Shown here: positions 20,810 through 30,591 of the stretch, in pieces
Numbering within the stretch: position 1 is the stretch's first letter
How the letters are laid out: each line of letters starts with the position of its first letter
Assembly (NCBI GenBank): GCA_030765185.1
Contig: JAVCDE010000024.1
Coordinates: 251,538 to 315,537, forward strand
Direction: 5' to 3'
DNA from: Candidatus Aceula meridiana
Lineage (GTDB): Bacteria > Omnitrophota > Gorgyraeia > Zapsychrales > Aceulaceae
Length of the DNA stretch: 64,000 bases
Position numbers and translations under genes: made by a program
The notes under the pieces: generated by a model
Databases searched by the model: none
Seen by the model: only the letters and a program-made list of their open reading frames with translations
What the model was told of the DNA's origin: nothing

Positions 20810-22252
20810 TTATTCCTTTGTTTTCTTATCGACAAGCTCGCCTTTATAATTAAAAAGGCTTATGGCCAACGGCATTTTACCTAAAGCATGCGTCGCGCAA
20901 GAAAGGCATGGATCATAAGCGCGAATGGCAACTTCGATATGGTTAAGCAAGCCTTCTGTAATTTCCGGCTTTCCGCTTAAATGCACTTGGGCAACCTTTT
21001 TAACAGCCTCGTTCATCGGAATGTTGTTATTTGTTGTTGAGACAATAAGGTTAGCCATGGTGACTTGGTCATTTTTGTCAACTTTATAATGATGAAACAA
21101 TGTTCCTCTTGGTGCTTCAATTAGACCAACGGCCTCTTCTCTACGTTTGCCGGTAACGACAAGGTCCTTTCCTTGAAGATCAGAATCATTTAAAAGCTCC
21201 TTGATCTTCTCAGCGGAGTGAAGTACCTCGATCATGCGTGTCCAATGATAGGCTAAGGTCATATTATTTGGCTTGCCATTTGTTAAGGCCATAAACTCTT
21301 GTCGTTCTTTTTCGGCTAACGGCGTGTCTATAAAATCGCATGTGTTGATGCGTGCTAAAGGCCCGACACGGTACCAACCTTTTTCAGGGCCTATAGATTT
21401 AATAAACGGAAATTTCATGTAAGACCAGTCGCGAACTTCTTCAGCGATATAGTCAGCATAATTTTGATAATCGACTTGATCAAAAATTTTGTTGCCATCT
21501 TTATCAATTGCACGAAGATTTCCATGATAAAGGTCCAAAGCTCCATCTTCACGAACTAAGCTCATGTGATTGGAATCAAACGATCCAAATTCTTTAGCAA
21601 GCTCAAGATTCTCAACGCTATAATCTTTGGCAATTTTTAAAGCCCCCAAAGACCACTCAAGCATTTGATCGATATCTTTTAAAAATTCATCACGCTCGGC
21701 AATAGAAAGATTTTTGTTAACCCCTCCTGGAATAGCGCCTGTGCCATGAATTTTCTTACCGGCTGTGGCCTTAATAATTTCCTGACCATATTTGCGCATC
21801 ATGACACCTTGAACCGCAAGCTCAGGATGTTTTTGCGCTACACCAATAACATTGCGAATAGCTGGGTCAGCATCAAATCCAAAAAGAAGATCCGGCGAAC
21901 ATAGATGAAAGAAATGCAAAACATGTGACTGGAATGTTTGACCATAGTGCATCAGTCTACGCATTTTTTCTGCCGTTGGAGTTAATTTATCGACGCCCAC
22001 AATGAGATCCATGGCTTTGGCTGCGGCCAAGTGATGGCTAACTGGACAAATACCACAAAGTCTTTGAACCAGCACTGGAACCTCCCAGTAGGGACGCCCG
22101 ATAATAAAGCGTTCAAACCCACGAAACTCAACAATATGAAGCCTCGCTTGTTTAATATTGTTCTCTTCATCCATCAAAAGAGAAACCTTGCCGTGACCCT
22201 CAACGCGGGTAACCGGCTCAATAACAATTCGTTTTAAGTTTTTATCGCTCAC
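20810..22252 (-). CDS. hoxH: Group 3d [NiFe]-hydrogenase large subunit
   Basis: EPVTRVEGH, L1 RLCGICPVSH, L2 DPCLSCATH plus a cleavable C-terminal extension. Confidence 0.95.
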   Translation of the reverse strand: MSDKNLKRIVIEPVTRVEGHGKVSLLMDEENNIKQARLHIVEFRGFERFIIGRPYWEVPVLVQRLCGICPVSHHLAAAKAMDLIVGVDKLTPTAEKMRRLMHYGQTFQSHVLHFFHLCSPDLLFGFDADPAIRNVIGVAQKHPELAVQGVMMRKYGQEIIKATAGKKIHGTGAIPGGVNKNLSIAERDEFLKDIDQMLEWSLGALKIAKDYSVENLELAKEFGSFDSNHMSLVREDGALDLYHGNLRAIDKDGNKIFDQVDYQNYADYIAEEVRDWSYMKFPFIKSIGPEKGWYRVGPLARINTCDFIDTPLAEKERQEFMALTNGKPNNMTLAYHWTRMIEVLHSAEKIKELLNDSDLQGKDLVVTGKRREEAVGLIEAPRGTLFHHYKVDKNDQVTMANLIVSTTNNNIPMNEAVKKVAQVHLSGKPEITEGLLNHIEVAIRAYDPCLSCATHALGKMPLAISLFNYKGELVDKKTKE

Positions 22253-22266
22253 TGTGCAAATCTCCT

Positions 22267-22812
22267 TTAATCATATTTAATTAATTCGTAAGGAAGCTCT
22301 AAGGGTTTATTGTTTAATAAGGCAACTAACGCCTCCCAGAGCGTATCTGCCGACGGAGGACATCCGGGCAGGTAATAATCAATTTTAACCACATGGTGGC
22401 ATGGATAAACTTTATCTAACAAAAGCGGAAGCTCCTTATCAGATGGAACAATTCCCTCTGGATTATAAACAGTCGGTCCGTTTAAATAAGCCTCATCAAG
22501 ACACTCCTTTAAAGGCATCACGTTGCGCATCGCAGGCAATCCGCCATTAATCGCGCAGTCGCCAACAGATATTAAAATATCGCAATGTTTACGAAATTCC
22601 TTTAAGTTATGAACATTTTCTTCGTTAGCACATCCTCCCTCAATGAGGCCAACTAAACAACGGCCAGAAAACTTCTTAATATCGTCAATCGGTGATTTAT
22701 CAAAATCAACAAGTTCAACAAGTTTAAGAATTCGGTCATCAATGTCTAGTAAAGACATGTGACATCCGAAACATCCGGCTAAAGAGGCTGTTGCAATTTT
22801 TGGTTTTCCCAT
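22267..22812 (-). CDS. hoxY: NAD-linked hydrogenase small subunit
   Basis: GCFGCH, GDCAINGG, PGCPP; short 181-aa form. Confidence 0.93.
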   Translation of the reverse strand: MGKPKIATASLAGCFGCHMSLLDIDDRILKLVELVDFDKSPIDDIKKFSGRCLVGLIEGGCANEENVHNLKEFRKHCDILISVGDCAINGGLPAMRNVMPLKECLDEAYLNGPTVYNPEGIVPSDKELPLLLDKVYPCHHVVKIDYYLPGCPPSADTLWEALVALLNNKPLELPYELIKYD

Positions 22813-22828
22813 AGTAATTATCCTTCTG

Positions 22829-23539
22829 TTATGATTTCTTCTGCTCTATATCTGAGCCAATTGGTTTTTCGTCATAAGTTCTTTGACCGACAGGCGTCGC
22901 AAATCCAATACGTTTTTTGATAATTGCACCAACCGGACAAATATCCGTAGCTTTATCCACAACATCCATATTGGTGTCTGATAATTTGGCTTCGGCATTA
23001 ACAGCTAGTTTCTTTTCAGGGCCACGGCCAACAAACTCAAAAACACCTTTTCCGTCGAGATCTTTCGAGGCCTGAACACAGCGGCCACAAAGAATACAAC
23101 GATTTTTATCAATAAAAATATCAGGATGAGAGCCGTCGATTTCAGCATCTGGAAACAGGTATGGATATTTTGGCGCTAAAATACCTAAACGATATGCAAC
23201 AGCTTGAAGTTCGCAATTACCGCTTTTTTCGCAAAACATACAAAAATGATTGCCTTCGACAAAAAGCATATCCACGATGTCTCGGCGGATTTGTTTAATC
23301 TCGTCTGTATTGTTTTCAATTTCAGCCCCATCAACAACTGGCTCCGTGCAAGCGGTCTGAAATTTCCCGCCAACCTTAACTAAACAAACGCGGCAGCTTC
23401 CGTGTGGAGATAATTCTTTAAGATAACAAAGCCTAGGAATATAAATCCCGGCTTCTTCAGCAGCTTCTAAAATAGTCTGGCCAGCTTTTGCCTTTACTTC
23501 GGCTCCATCAATTTTAATTGTCAATGTTTTTTCGCTCAT
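22829..23539 (-). CDS. hoxU: Diaphorase Fe-S subunit
   Basis: IPRLC...CRVC...C, HFCMFCEKSGNCELQ, CILCGRC. Confidence 0.93.
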   Translation of the reverse strand: MSEKTLTIKIDGAEVKAKAGQTILEAAEEAGIYIPRLCYLKELSPHGSCRVCLVKVGGKFQTACTEPVVDGAEIENNTDEIKQIRRDIVDMLFVEGNHFCMFCEKSGNCELQAVAYRLGILAPKYPYLFPDAEIDGSHPDIFIDKNRCILCGRCVQASKDLDGKGVFEFVGRGPEKKLAVNAEAKLSDTNMDVVDKATDICPVGAIIKKRIGFATPVGQRTYDEKPIGSDIEQKKS

Positions 23540-23554
23540 GATAATCCTTTATGG

Positions 23555-25372
23555 TTAATCAGTATAGATAACGGATTTTCGTCCTGCAATGCGCTCGGCA
23601 TCACCCAAAGCCGCTTTAATGTCAAAAGACGGCTGCATACCCTCTTCTTGCTTTTTCATAAGCTTCTCATACAAGGGTTTAAAATTCTTAATTGTTGTTA
23701 AAATAGGATTCGGTGATGTTTGCCCAAGGCCGCATCGGCTTGCTTTTTTAATCGTGCCGCCTAAATCTTCAAGATAGGCAAGGTCTGCAATCTCGCCACG
23801 CCCAGCTAAAATATAACCTAAGCGTTCTTTCATAAGAACATTTCCTGCACGGCAAGGCGTGCAATAACCGCAGGACTCTTCAACAAAGAATTCCATATAC
23901 TCTTCGACAACTTTTAGCAAATCACTTTTCGTATCAAAAACAACCATAGACCCACCAGTTGCCAAATCACTAAAACAAATGCTGCGTGAAAACTCGCTAG
24001 GATTAATAAACTGGCCTGATGGGCCACCAACTAAAACAGCCTGAGTATTTTCCGCTCCAGCATCTTTTAAAATATCTTGAATTTTAGCACCGAAAGGATA
24101 TTCATAAATTCCAGGATTCTTGCAGGCACCGGATATGCTTAAAACCTTTGTGCCAGCGCTATCTACTGAGCCAATATCTGAGAACCAATCTGCCCCCTTC
24201 TCTAGTATACGTGTGACAGAGCAAAAAGTTTCAACATTGTTAACGCTTGTTGGCTTGGCTAAATATCCTCTTTGTGCTGGAAACGGCGGGCGGGTCTTAG
24301 GATCACCGCGCAAACCTTCACAAGAACTAATCAAGGCGCTTTCTTCCCCACAAATATAAGCTCCAGCTCCCATTTGAATACGGATATCAAAATCAAAACC
24401 GTCTTTGCCGCAAACTTTTTTTCCAAGAAACGAAGCATCTCTTCTTTCTTTAAGTTTTTTTTCTAAGAAAGTGCGTAGATATGCATATTCACCGCGAAGG
24501 TACAATACGCCTTCTGTTGCGCCAATGGCATAGCCTGCAATGGTCATTCCTTCGAAAACTAAATCAAATTTTTCTGTTAAAAGAACCCTGTCTTTAAATG
24601 TTCCGGGTTCTCCCTCGTCAGCATTACAAATAATATATTTTTGATCGCCTTGAGCTGCACGAGTAAATTGCCACTTTAAACCTGTCGGGAAACCTGCGCC
24701 CCCGCGTCCGCGAAGATTTGAAATCTTAACCATATCGACAACTTCTTCAGGACTTAACGTAATAGCTTTTTTAAGGCCGGTGCCGGATTCATTATCCGCA
24801 AAAATAACATCGCCTTTTTTAATAATATTGTTATTAACCGCAGATCCAACAAGGCTATCGGCGTTATTGCCATCTCCCAGCCCTAAAGAAATCTTTGAAG
24901 GGTCGGTATCTTTTTGAAGGCCAGCAACAATAGCTTTAACTTTTTCAACGGTAAGACTTGGCGCAACAACTTGATTTAAAAGAGCTGCCGGTGCTTGATC
25001 ACACATACCAATACAAGGTGTGTTTTCTAAGGTAATTTTTCCATCAGAAGTGGTCTGTCCAACTTCGATTCCTAATTCTTTTTCAAAGGCCTTAGCAATC
25101 TCGTCAGCACCTTTCATTTTATCAACGCTATCATTGCATAAACGGATAGCGACTTTTCCTTTAGGTCTTTTGGAAAGAAATGCATAAAAAGAAATAACGC
25201 TTTCGACTTCGACGCGGTGACAACCAATTTCTTCAGCAATAAGATTCATGGCATCAGAGCTGACGCATCCAACGCTCTCTTGAATCGCCTCAACAATATC
25301 CATAAGTCGTGTGCGGTCTTTGTTGTTGGCTTCACAAACTTCTTTGATGATTTTAGAAATGTTTTCGCTCAT
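23555..25372 (-). CDS. hoxF: Diaphorase flavoprotein subunit (NuoE-like plus NuoF-like domains)
   Basis: LRGRGGAGFPTG, CNADEGEPGTFKDR, GAGAYICGEE, ESCGYCTPCR. Confidence 0.93.
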   Translation of the reverse strand: MSENISKIIKEVCEANNKDRTRLMDIVEAIQESVGCVSSDAMNLIAEEIGCHRVEVESVISFYAFLSKRPKGKVAIRLCNDSVDKMKGADEIAKAFEKELGIEVGQTTSDGKITLENTPCIGMCDQAPAALLNQVVAPSLTVEKVKAIVAGLQKDTDPSKISLGLGDGNNADSLVGSAVNNNIIKKGDVIFADNESGTGLKKAITLSPEEVVDMVKISNLRGRGGAGFPTGLKWQFTRAAQGDQKYIICNADEGEPGTFKDRVLLTEKFDLVFEGMTIAGYAIGATEGVLYLRGEYAYLRTFLEKKLKERRDASFLGKKVCGKDGFDFDIRIQMGAGAYICGEESALISSCEGLRGDPKTRPPFPAQRGYLAKPTSVNNVETFCSVTRILEKGADWFSDIGSVDSAGTKVLSISGACKNPGIYEYPFGAKIQDILKDAGAENTQAVLVGGPSGQFINPSEFSRSICFSDLATGGSMVVFDTKSDLLKVVEEYMEFFVEESCGYCTPCRAGNVLMKERLGYILAGRGEIADLAYLEDLGGTIKKASRCGLGQTSPNPILTTIKNFKPLYEKLMKKQEEGMQPSFDIKAALGDAERIAGRKSVIYTD

Positions 25373-25400
25373 AAAATTACCTTTTTTTGAGATGGTTAAA

Positions 25401-25454
25401 TCGTGAATTTTGGAACAATTGTGTCTATTATACTAATATCTTTTTTCTTTGCAA
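25401..25454 (-). promoter_or_regulatory. hox promoter with Rex-like operator
   Basis: TTGCAA-N16-TATAAT (25454-25427); TCGTGAATTTTGGAACAA (25401-25418) resembles the Rex consensus TTGTGAAnnnnTTCACAA. Confidence 0.6.
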
Positions 25455-25513
25455 GTATTAATTAATGGATTATAGACTCAAACAAAAAAAGTGTCAAAGA
25501 AAATAAAAAGGCT

Positions 25514-26191
25514 CTATTCAGTAAAAAACTTGGCTTTTGCGCCTATATCCTTCTGGTGGCAGTCTTTAAGCCACTTAAGCCAATCCGCCATACCCTCTCC
25601 TGTTTGGCAAGAAATTTCTAAGATAGAAACATTGGCGTTAAGCCTTGCAATATCTTCTTTAACGCGCACCATGTCAAACTTTAAAACAGACAAAAGGTCT
25701 GATTTTGTCAGCAAAACAAGATCTGCGGCGCGAAAAATTGTTGGATATTTCGCAACTTTGTCATCCCCTTCCGGAATACTTAAAAGGATAACCTTAAGAT
25801 TCTCTCCTAAATCAAATTCTCCCGGACAAACCATGTTGCCAACGTTTTCAATAAACAGATAATCGGCCTCTTTTAAAGGAAGGTCGCTTAAGCTTTCCGT
25901 AATTTGATTCGCATAAAGATGACAGCTCATGCCTGTATTAATCTGAACAACATCTAAGGCGCACTCTTGAACGCGTTCGGCGTCGCGGGCGGTCTGAAGG
26001 TCTCCGACGATAACAAGAGATTTCTGAGGCTTAAGCGCAGGAATAGTTTCTTCAAGCAGCGTTGTCTTACCGCTTCCTGGCGAGCTAATCAAATTAAGAG
26101 CAATAAGCCCTGCTTTTTGAAAAATTTCACGATTTTTTCGAGCTATTTCATTGTTGGCATCTAAAACACGTTTAACAACTTTCACTTTCAT
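25514..26191 (-). CDS. hypB: Nickel-insertion GTPase HypB
   Basis: SSPGSGKTT, SCHL, IENVGNMVCPGEFDLGE. Confidence 0.96.
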   Translation of the reverse strand: MKVKVVKRVLDANNEIARKNREIFQKAGLIALNLISSPGSGKTTLLEETIPALKPQKSLVIVGDLQTARDAERVQECALDVVQINTGMSCHLYANQITESLSDLPLKEADYLFIENVGNMVCPGEFDLGENLKVILLSIPEGDDKVAKYPTIFRAADLVLLTKSDLLSVLKFDMVRVKEDIARLNANVSILEISCQTGEGMADWLKWLKDCHQKDIGAKAKFFTE

Positions 26192-26541
26192 GGCTTTTCC
26201 TCTTTTCCGATAACTGCTTTTAAAATAATATCATCCCCTTTAAGAGTTACAACATCGGCTTTTATGCATTTGGGACATAAAAAATTATCTAGCTCAGGGG
26301 TAAATTCTTCTTTGCAAAGGTTGCACTTAGCAAGGGCTGATATCTCGGTTATTTTAAGGACTGCGTTCTCTGCGATAGTACCTTTGATGACGGCCTTAAA
26401 AGCCTCTTGCATCACATCAGGAATAATCTGCTTCAGATATCCTGTTTCAATTTCAACTTCATCAACGCATACGATGCTGTTTTCTTTGGCTACAGATATA
26501 ATCTGCTCAATCAGGCTTTCAGCGATAGACATCTCGTGCAT
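26188..26541 (-). CDS. hypA: Nickel metallochaperone HypA
   Basis: MHEMSIA N-terminus (start moved to 26541), CNLC/CPKC zinc site. Confidence 0.95.
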   Translation of the reverse strand: MHEMSIAESLIEQIISVAKENSIVCVDEVEIETGYLKQIIPDVMQEAFKAVIKGTIAENAVLKITEISALAKCNLCKEEFTPELDNFLCPKCIKADVVTLKGDDIILKAVIGKEEKP

Positions 26542-26543
26542 AT

Positions 26544-27170
26544 TTACCTTTGGATATCGCAAAAAAGCGATAAAAACTCAATGGTTAAGTCAATGTCCCG
26601 GACAACAATATTCTTGGGAACCGTAATAGACGTTGGTGCAAAATTAATGATGCCTTTAAGTCCACCAAGCACAATAACGTCTGCGACTTCTTGAGAATAT
26701 TCTTCAGGAACGGCAATAATTCCAATTTCACTATGCGTCTTTTTAATAATCTGAGGAGCTTTGCCAATAGCATAAACTGGCACATCATTAATCTTCTTGA
26801 TAATTTTCCGCTTATCATTATCAAAAGCAGCCATAATCTTAATACGATCTTTTTGAAACCCAGGGTATTTTAAAATCGCTGAGCCTAAATTTCCAACTCC
26901 AAAAAGAACCGCATGAACCACATTGCCTTGAAGAACAAAACGCTCTAAAATGTCACGCAATTCAATTGTTTTATAGCCAATGCGTGGAGTGCCAACTTTC
27001 CCAAACTTTGAAATGTCTTTACGAATTTGCACATCTGAGAAACCTGTCATTGTGGCAAGCTCTGAAGACGAAACAAGATAACGCTTGGCCTTAATGAGCC
27101 CTTCAAGAGTACGAATATATAAAAGGGCACGCTCAATTGTTCTTTTCGGAATTTTCTTCATAAATTTCAT
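26544..27170 (-). CDS. rex: Redox-sensing transcriptional repressor Rex
   Basis: IPKRTIER...VSSSELA...QIRKDISKFG; GVGNLG NADH-binding loop; INFAP. Confidence 0.95.
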   Translation of the reverse strand: MKFMKKIPKRTIERALLYIRTLEGLIKAKRYLVSSSELATMTGFSDVQIRKDISKFGKVGTPRIGYKTIELRDILERFVLQGNVVHAVLFGVGNLGSAILKYPGFQKDRIKIMAAFDNDKRKIIKKINDVPVYAIGKAPQIIKKTHSEIGIIAVPEEYSQEVADVIVLGGLKGIINFAPTSITVPKNIVVRDIDLTIEFLSLFCDIQR

Positions 27171-27171
27171 A

Positions 27172-27213
27172 AAATAAATAGCCTCCTTTTTTTTTGCAGG
27201 AGGCTATTTATTT
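27172..27213 (-). terminator. 16-bp hairpin between cbiM and rex, containing the rex RBS
   Basis: AAATAAATAGCCTCCT / AGGAGGCTATTTATTT perfect inverted repeat immediately before the rex ATG. Confidence 0.6.
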
Positions 27214-27228
27214 GCTTCAATATAATTC

Positions 27229-28137
27229 TTAGGCAACTGATCGGCTCAATGAATGCAAACCCTTACCTAAAACCCATGCAAAAGCAAACGTGATCAATGC
27301 GCCGGCCAAGCCCGCCAACCCAACGCTTATCATTTGATGAGAAATGACCGGAATTGCATAATCCGGCATGGGGCTAACAAATGCTGGCGCGCTTTCATGT
27401 AGAAACTGATATTTCTGAGCGACCCATTCCAATCCATCCGGCCAACCACTCGCAAAAGGACTTAGCATAGCCGCAATAACCATGGCGGCGGCCGCAGGAG
27501 CGGCAACAGCCCACCTTGTCCGGATAAGCCCTTCTTGAGCAAAAAAAGGAAGGGCTATCAAAGTGATGGTCGCTTCCCCAATTCCAATAAGTGCATGCGT
27601 GCTCAACATTGCGCCGGACACTTGAGTAAACGCAACCGTTCCCGAAACAGCCAGTTCAACACTACAGGCCAGGGCTGCCAATAGAGTCGACACCCAAGCG
27701 GCAAGCCCAATTCCGATGCCCCGCTGAAAGACCGTCCGCCCTTCTTTTTGAAGGAAATACTGATAGAAAAAACCGCCCGCACCAGCGCCAAGCACCGCCA
27801 TATTTAAAATATTGGCCCCAAGGACCGCGAGCCCCCCATCGGAAAAAACAAGACATTGAACGGTCAAAACCAGCGCGACCGCTAGGACTCCAAAAGGAAT
27901 CCCAAGCAATGCGGAAGCCAAAACACCCCCTAATAGATGCCCGGATGTTCCGCTCTGGATGGGGAAATTCATCATCTGTCCTGCAAAAATTAATGCGGTA
28001 ACTGCCGCAAACCTGGCGGCAGAAGGCTTATTGCTTATTTTTGTTGCGGCATAAGCCGCACCCGCTAAGCTTATCGTGCTCACGGCTGCCGTAACCGGGC
28101 AAATGGCACCATGCAGCATGCTGCTAGGAATATGCAT
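27229..28137 (-). CDS. ECF-type Ni/Co transporter S-component CbiM/NikM fused to a NikN/PDGLE domain
   Basis: MHIP N-terminus (AAGGAG lies 6 nt before ATG 28137), QMMNFPIQSGTSGHLLGG, DGGLAVLGANILNM, PFASGWPDGLEWV. Confidence 0.88.
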   Translation of the reverse strand: MHIPSSMLHGAICPVTAAVSTISLAGAAYAATKISNKPSAARFAAVTALIFAGQMMNFPIQSGTSGHLLGGVLASALLGIPFGVLAVALVLTVQCLVFSDGGLAVLGANILNMAVLGAGAGGFFYQYFLQKEGRTVFQRGIGIGLAAWVSTLLAALACSVELAVSGTVAFTQVSGAMLSTHALIGIGEATITLIALPFFAQEGLIRTRWAVAAPAAAAMVIAAMLSPFASGWPDGLEWVAQKYQFLHESAPAFVSPMPDYAIPVISHQMISVGLAGLAGALITFAFAWVLGKGLHSLSRSVA

Positions 28138-28167
28138 CTTCATCTCCTTTTAAAAATATAATTTAAA

Positions 28168-28220
28168 TTGTGAAATTTAGAACAATTAAAATATTATAAA
28201 ACCTATTTCTTCTTTTTCAA
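28168..28220 (-). promoter_or_regulatory. cbiM-rex-hypAB promoter with Rex-like operator
   Basis: TTGAAA-N16-TATAAT (28220-28193); TTGTGAAATTTAGAACAA at 28168-28185. Confidence 0.65.
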
Positions 28221-28227
28221 GAGTTAT

Positions 28228-30348
28228 TTATAAGATAATTCTTGCGTCCACTGCAAAGCTTCCTTCTTTATTCGTCACCAAAGGATTGATATCAATCTCT
28301 TTGACAAGCGGAGCAAGTTTTTGGACAGAATAAAGCGTCTGAATAATAGACGGTTTGTGTGCCTCGAGGCCGCGAAAGCCATCGAGAATTTTACTAGAGC
28401 GGATATCTTTAATAAGCCGACCTGCTTCCATTTTTCCAAACGGTACGATGCGAAAAGAAACGTCTTTAAAAGCTTCTACGAAAACACCACCTAACCCAAA
28501 CATCACAACCGGCCCAAATTGTGGGTCGTTGCTCATGCCGACGATGCATTCGATGCCTTTCATCATTTTAATGAGGTTGACACCTAAAATATTGGCATCA
28601 GGTACCGCGGCTGAAACATTGTTCATCATTTTCTCAAATTTCTCTCGAAGCTGCTCTTCGTTCTGAATATTTAAGGCAACACCACCAACATCTGATTTGT
28701 GAATAATTTCAGGTGAGGTAATTTTCATTGCCAGCGGATAAATATTCTTAGACTTAGCGTATTCGATGGCTTCTTCGATTGTCTTTGCAAAATGCCATGG
28801 TGGGGTCGGAACTCCGCAAAGCTCTAAAATCTTTCGGGCTTCGTGTTCCATTAAAATTGTTCTGCCAACACCTTTAATCTTTTCAATAATATCAATAACT
28901 TCTTGAGGAGCAGATTCAATTTTTGGAACATCTTTTTTACGAGTAGAAATTTCTTTCCAGAGATAAAGTGCCTTAAGTGCTGAGACCGCTTCGTTAACCT
29001 CGCCAAAGGCAGGGATATGATTATCATTTAAATAATGGAGGGCCTCTTGTGTCCTCTCGCCTCCGACCATTGCAATAACAGCCGGCTTATTGCGGTTAGA
29101 ATTCTTATATTCCTCGACTATAACCTTGGCAATATCCGTTGGATTAGTAACCGCAGTCTCGCAATAAAGAACAATGACAGATTTAATTTTATCTTCACGA
29201 AGGGCTATCTTAATAGATTCTTCGTACCCCTTGATTCCGCTTCCACCGGTAATATCAATAGGATTCTTGGTGCTGCCAAAATCCGGCATAGTCTTGCGGA
29301 ATTTTTCTTCAAGCCATGCAGCATCATCTAAAAGTTTAATACCAACAACTTCGCACTCATCTGTTGTTGCAACGCCAATACCACCGCCGTTGGTAATAAT
29401 TACGGTCTCATCTCCTTTAGGTAAAGGAAGCTCAAAAGCACGAACCCAGTCAAACGCTTGCGTAAATGAGTTGGCCCGCAAAAATCCTAATTGTTTGAAA
29501 ACACCTTCATAAATTTTATCTGACCCGGAAAGAGATCCAGTATGAGACGCAGCTGCTGTGGCTCCTCTTTTGGAAGACCCAACCTTTAAAACAACAACCG
29601 GTTTTTTAATCTCTGTTTCTAAAAATTTTCTTCCTTCGCGGATACCTTCCATGTAGATTAAAATTGCGTTCACATTTTCATCATTATTAAAATATTCAAT
29701 TAAATCCTTTTCGTCGATATCGGCCTTATTGCCAAGATTTACTAAAGACGCAAGCCCTATTTTTTCAAGCGCTGTCCATCCCATCAAAGAAATCGCCAAA
29801 GCTCCGCTTTGTGAAATAAAAGCAATTCTTCCTTGGCTAATATCCGCAGGCCCAAAACTAGCATTTAGCTTTGAGGGAGTATACACATAGCCAAACATAT
29901 TTGGCCCAAGAAGCGCGATATTATTTTTATCTGCAATTTTCTTTAATCGCTCTTCTTCGTCAATGTTTCCTACTTCTCCAAATCCAGAAGTAATAACCGC
30001 AACAGCTTTGATTCCCTTGCGCGCGCAGCCTTCTAAAGTCTGAATAACTAGAGGAGCCGGAATCGCGATAATCGCAGCATCAACCTCACCTTCAATTTCT
30101 TCAACAGTTTTATAAGCCTTCTTTCCTAAAACTTCATCATCTTTGGGATTAACAGGATAGATACCACCCTCGTATCCGCCATCAATAATATTTTTAAGGA
30201 TTTGATAACCCACTTTTCCAGGCTTTGAGGATGCGCCGACAATGGCAATGCCTTTGGGTTTGAAAACAGCGTCTAAATCTTTTTTGTGATTGTTGTCGTA
30301 ATGATTTTTCGAACCAAGGTTAATGCGAAGAAGGTCGCTAAGCGACAT
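28228..30348 (-). CDS. ADP-forming acetate--CoA ligase (fused alpha/beta subunits)
   Basis: CoA-binding domain IAIVGASSKPGKVG, SHTGSLSG phospho-His, ATP-grasp HKSDVGGV...EIDINPL. Confidence 0.92.
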   Translation of the reverse strand: MSLSDLLRINLGSKNHYDNNHKKDLDAVFKPKGIAIVGASSKPGKVGYQILKNIIDGGYEGGIYPVNPKDDEVLGKKAYKTVEEIEGEVDAAIIAIPAPLVIQTLEGCARKGIKAVAVITSGFGEVGNIDEEERLKKIADKNNIALLGPNMFGYVYTPSKLNASFGPADISQGRIAFISQSGALAISLMGWTALEKIGLASLVNLGNKADIDEKDLIEYFNNDENVNAILIYMEGIREGRKFLETEIKKPVVVLKVGSSKRGATAAASHTGSLSGSDKIYEGVFKQLGFLRANSFTQAFDWVRAFELPLPKGDETVIITNGGGIGVATTDECEVVGIKLLDDAAWLEEKFRKTMPDFGSTKNPIDITGGSGIKGYEESIKIALREDKIKSVIVLYCETAVTNPTDIAKVIVEEYKNSNRNKPAVIAMVGGERTQEALHYLNDNHIPAFGEVNEAVSALKALYLWKEISTRKKDVPKIESAPQEVIDIIEKIKGVGRTILMEHEARKILELCGVPTPPWHFAKTIEEAIEYAKSKNIYPLAMKITSPEIIHKSDVGGVALNIQNEEQLREKFEKMMNNVSAAVPDANILGVNLIKMMKGIECIVGMSNDPQFGPVVMFGLGGVFVEAFKDVSFRIVPFGKMEAGRLIKDIRSSKILDGFRGLEAHKPSIIQTLYSVQKLAPLVKEIDINPLVTNKEGSFAVDARIIL

Positions 30349-30516
30349 AGTGATACCTTTCTATTGTTCTATTATGATAAATATAAGACTGTTAAAGACG
30401 CGCTCATTATAGCAAATAATCTTTTTTTTGCAACGGAGTAATTTCTACAAATAGGATGCCTAGAAATTAGGCGGAAATCCCAATTTTCCGCATAGTGAAA
30501 GAATGGATCAACGAAG

Positions 30517-30587
30517 ATTTACCCCGCACCTGCGGGGTAAATTCGCCCGACAAGCTTATGTTCATTTGTCGCTCCATAAGTTTGGGC
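30517..30587 (-). repeat. Dispersed two-hairpin structured repeat, copy 3 (reverse orientation)
   Basis: Reverse complement GCCCAAACTTATG-GAGCGACAAATGAA-CATAAGCTT-GTCGGGC-GAATTTACCCCGCA-GG-TGCGGGGTAAAT. Confidence 0.65.
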
Positions 30588-30591
30588 TTAT

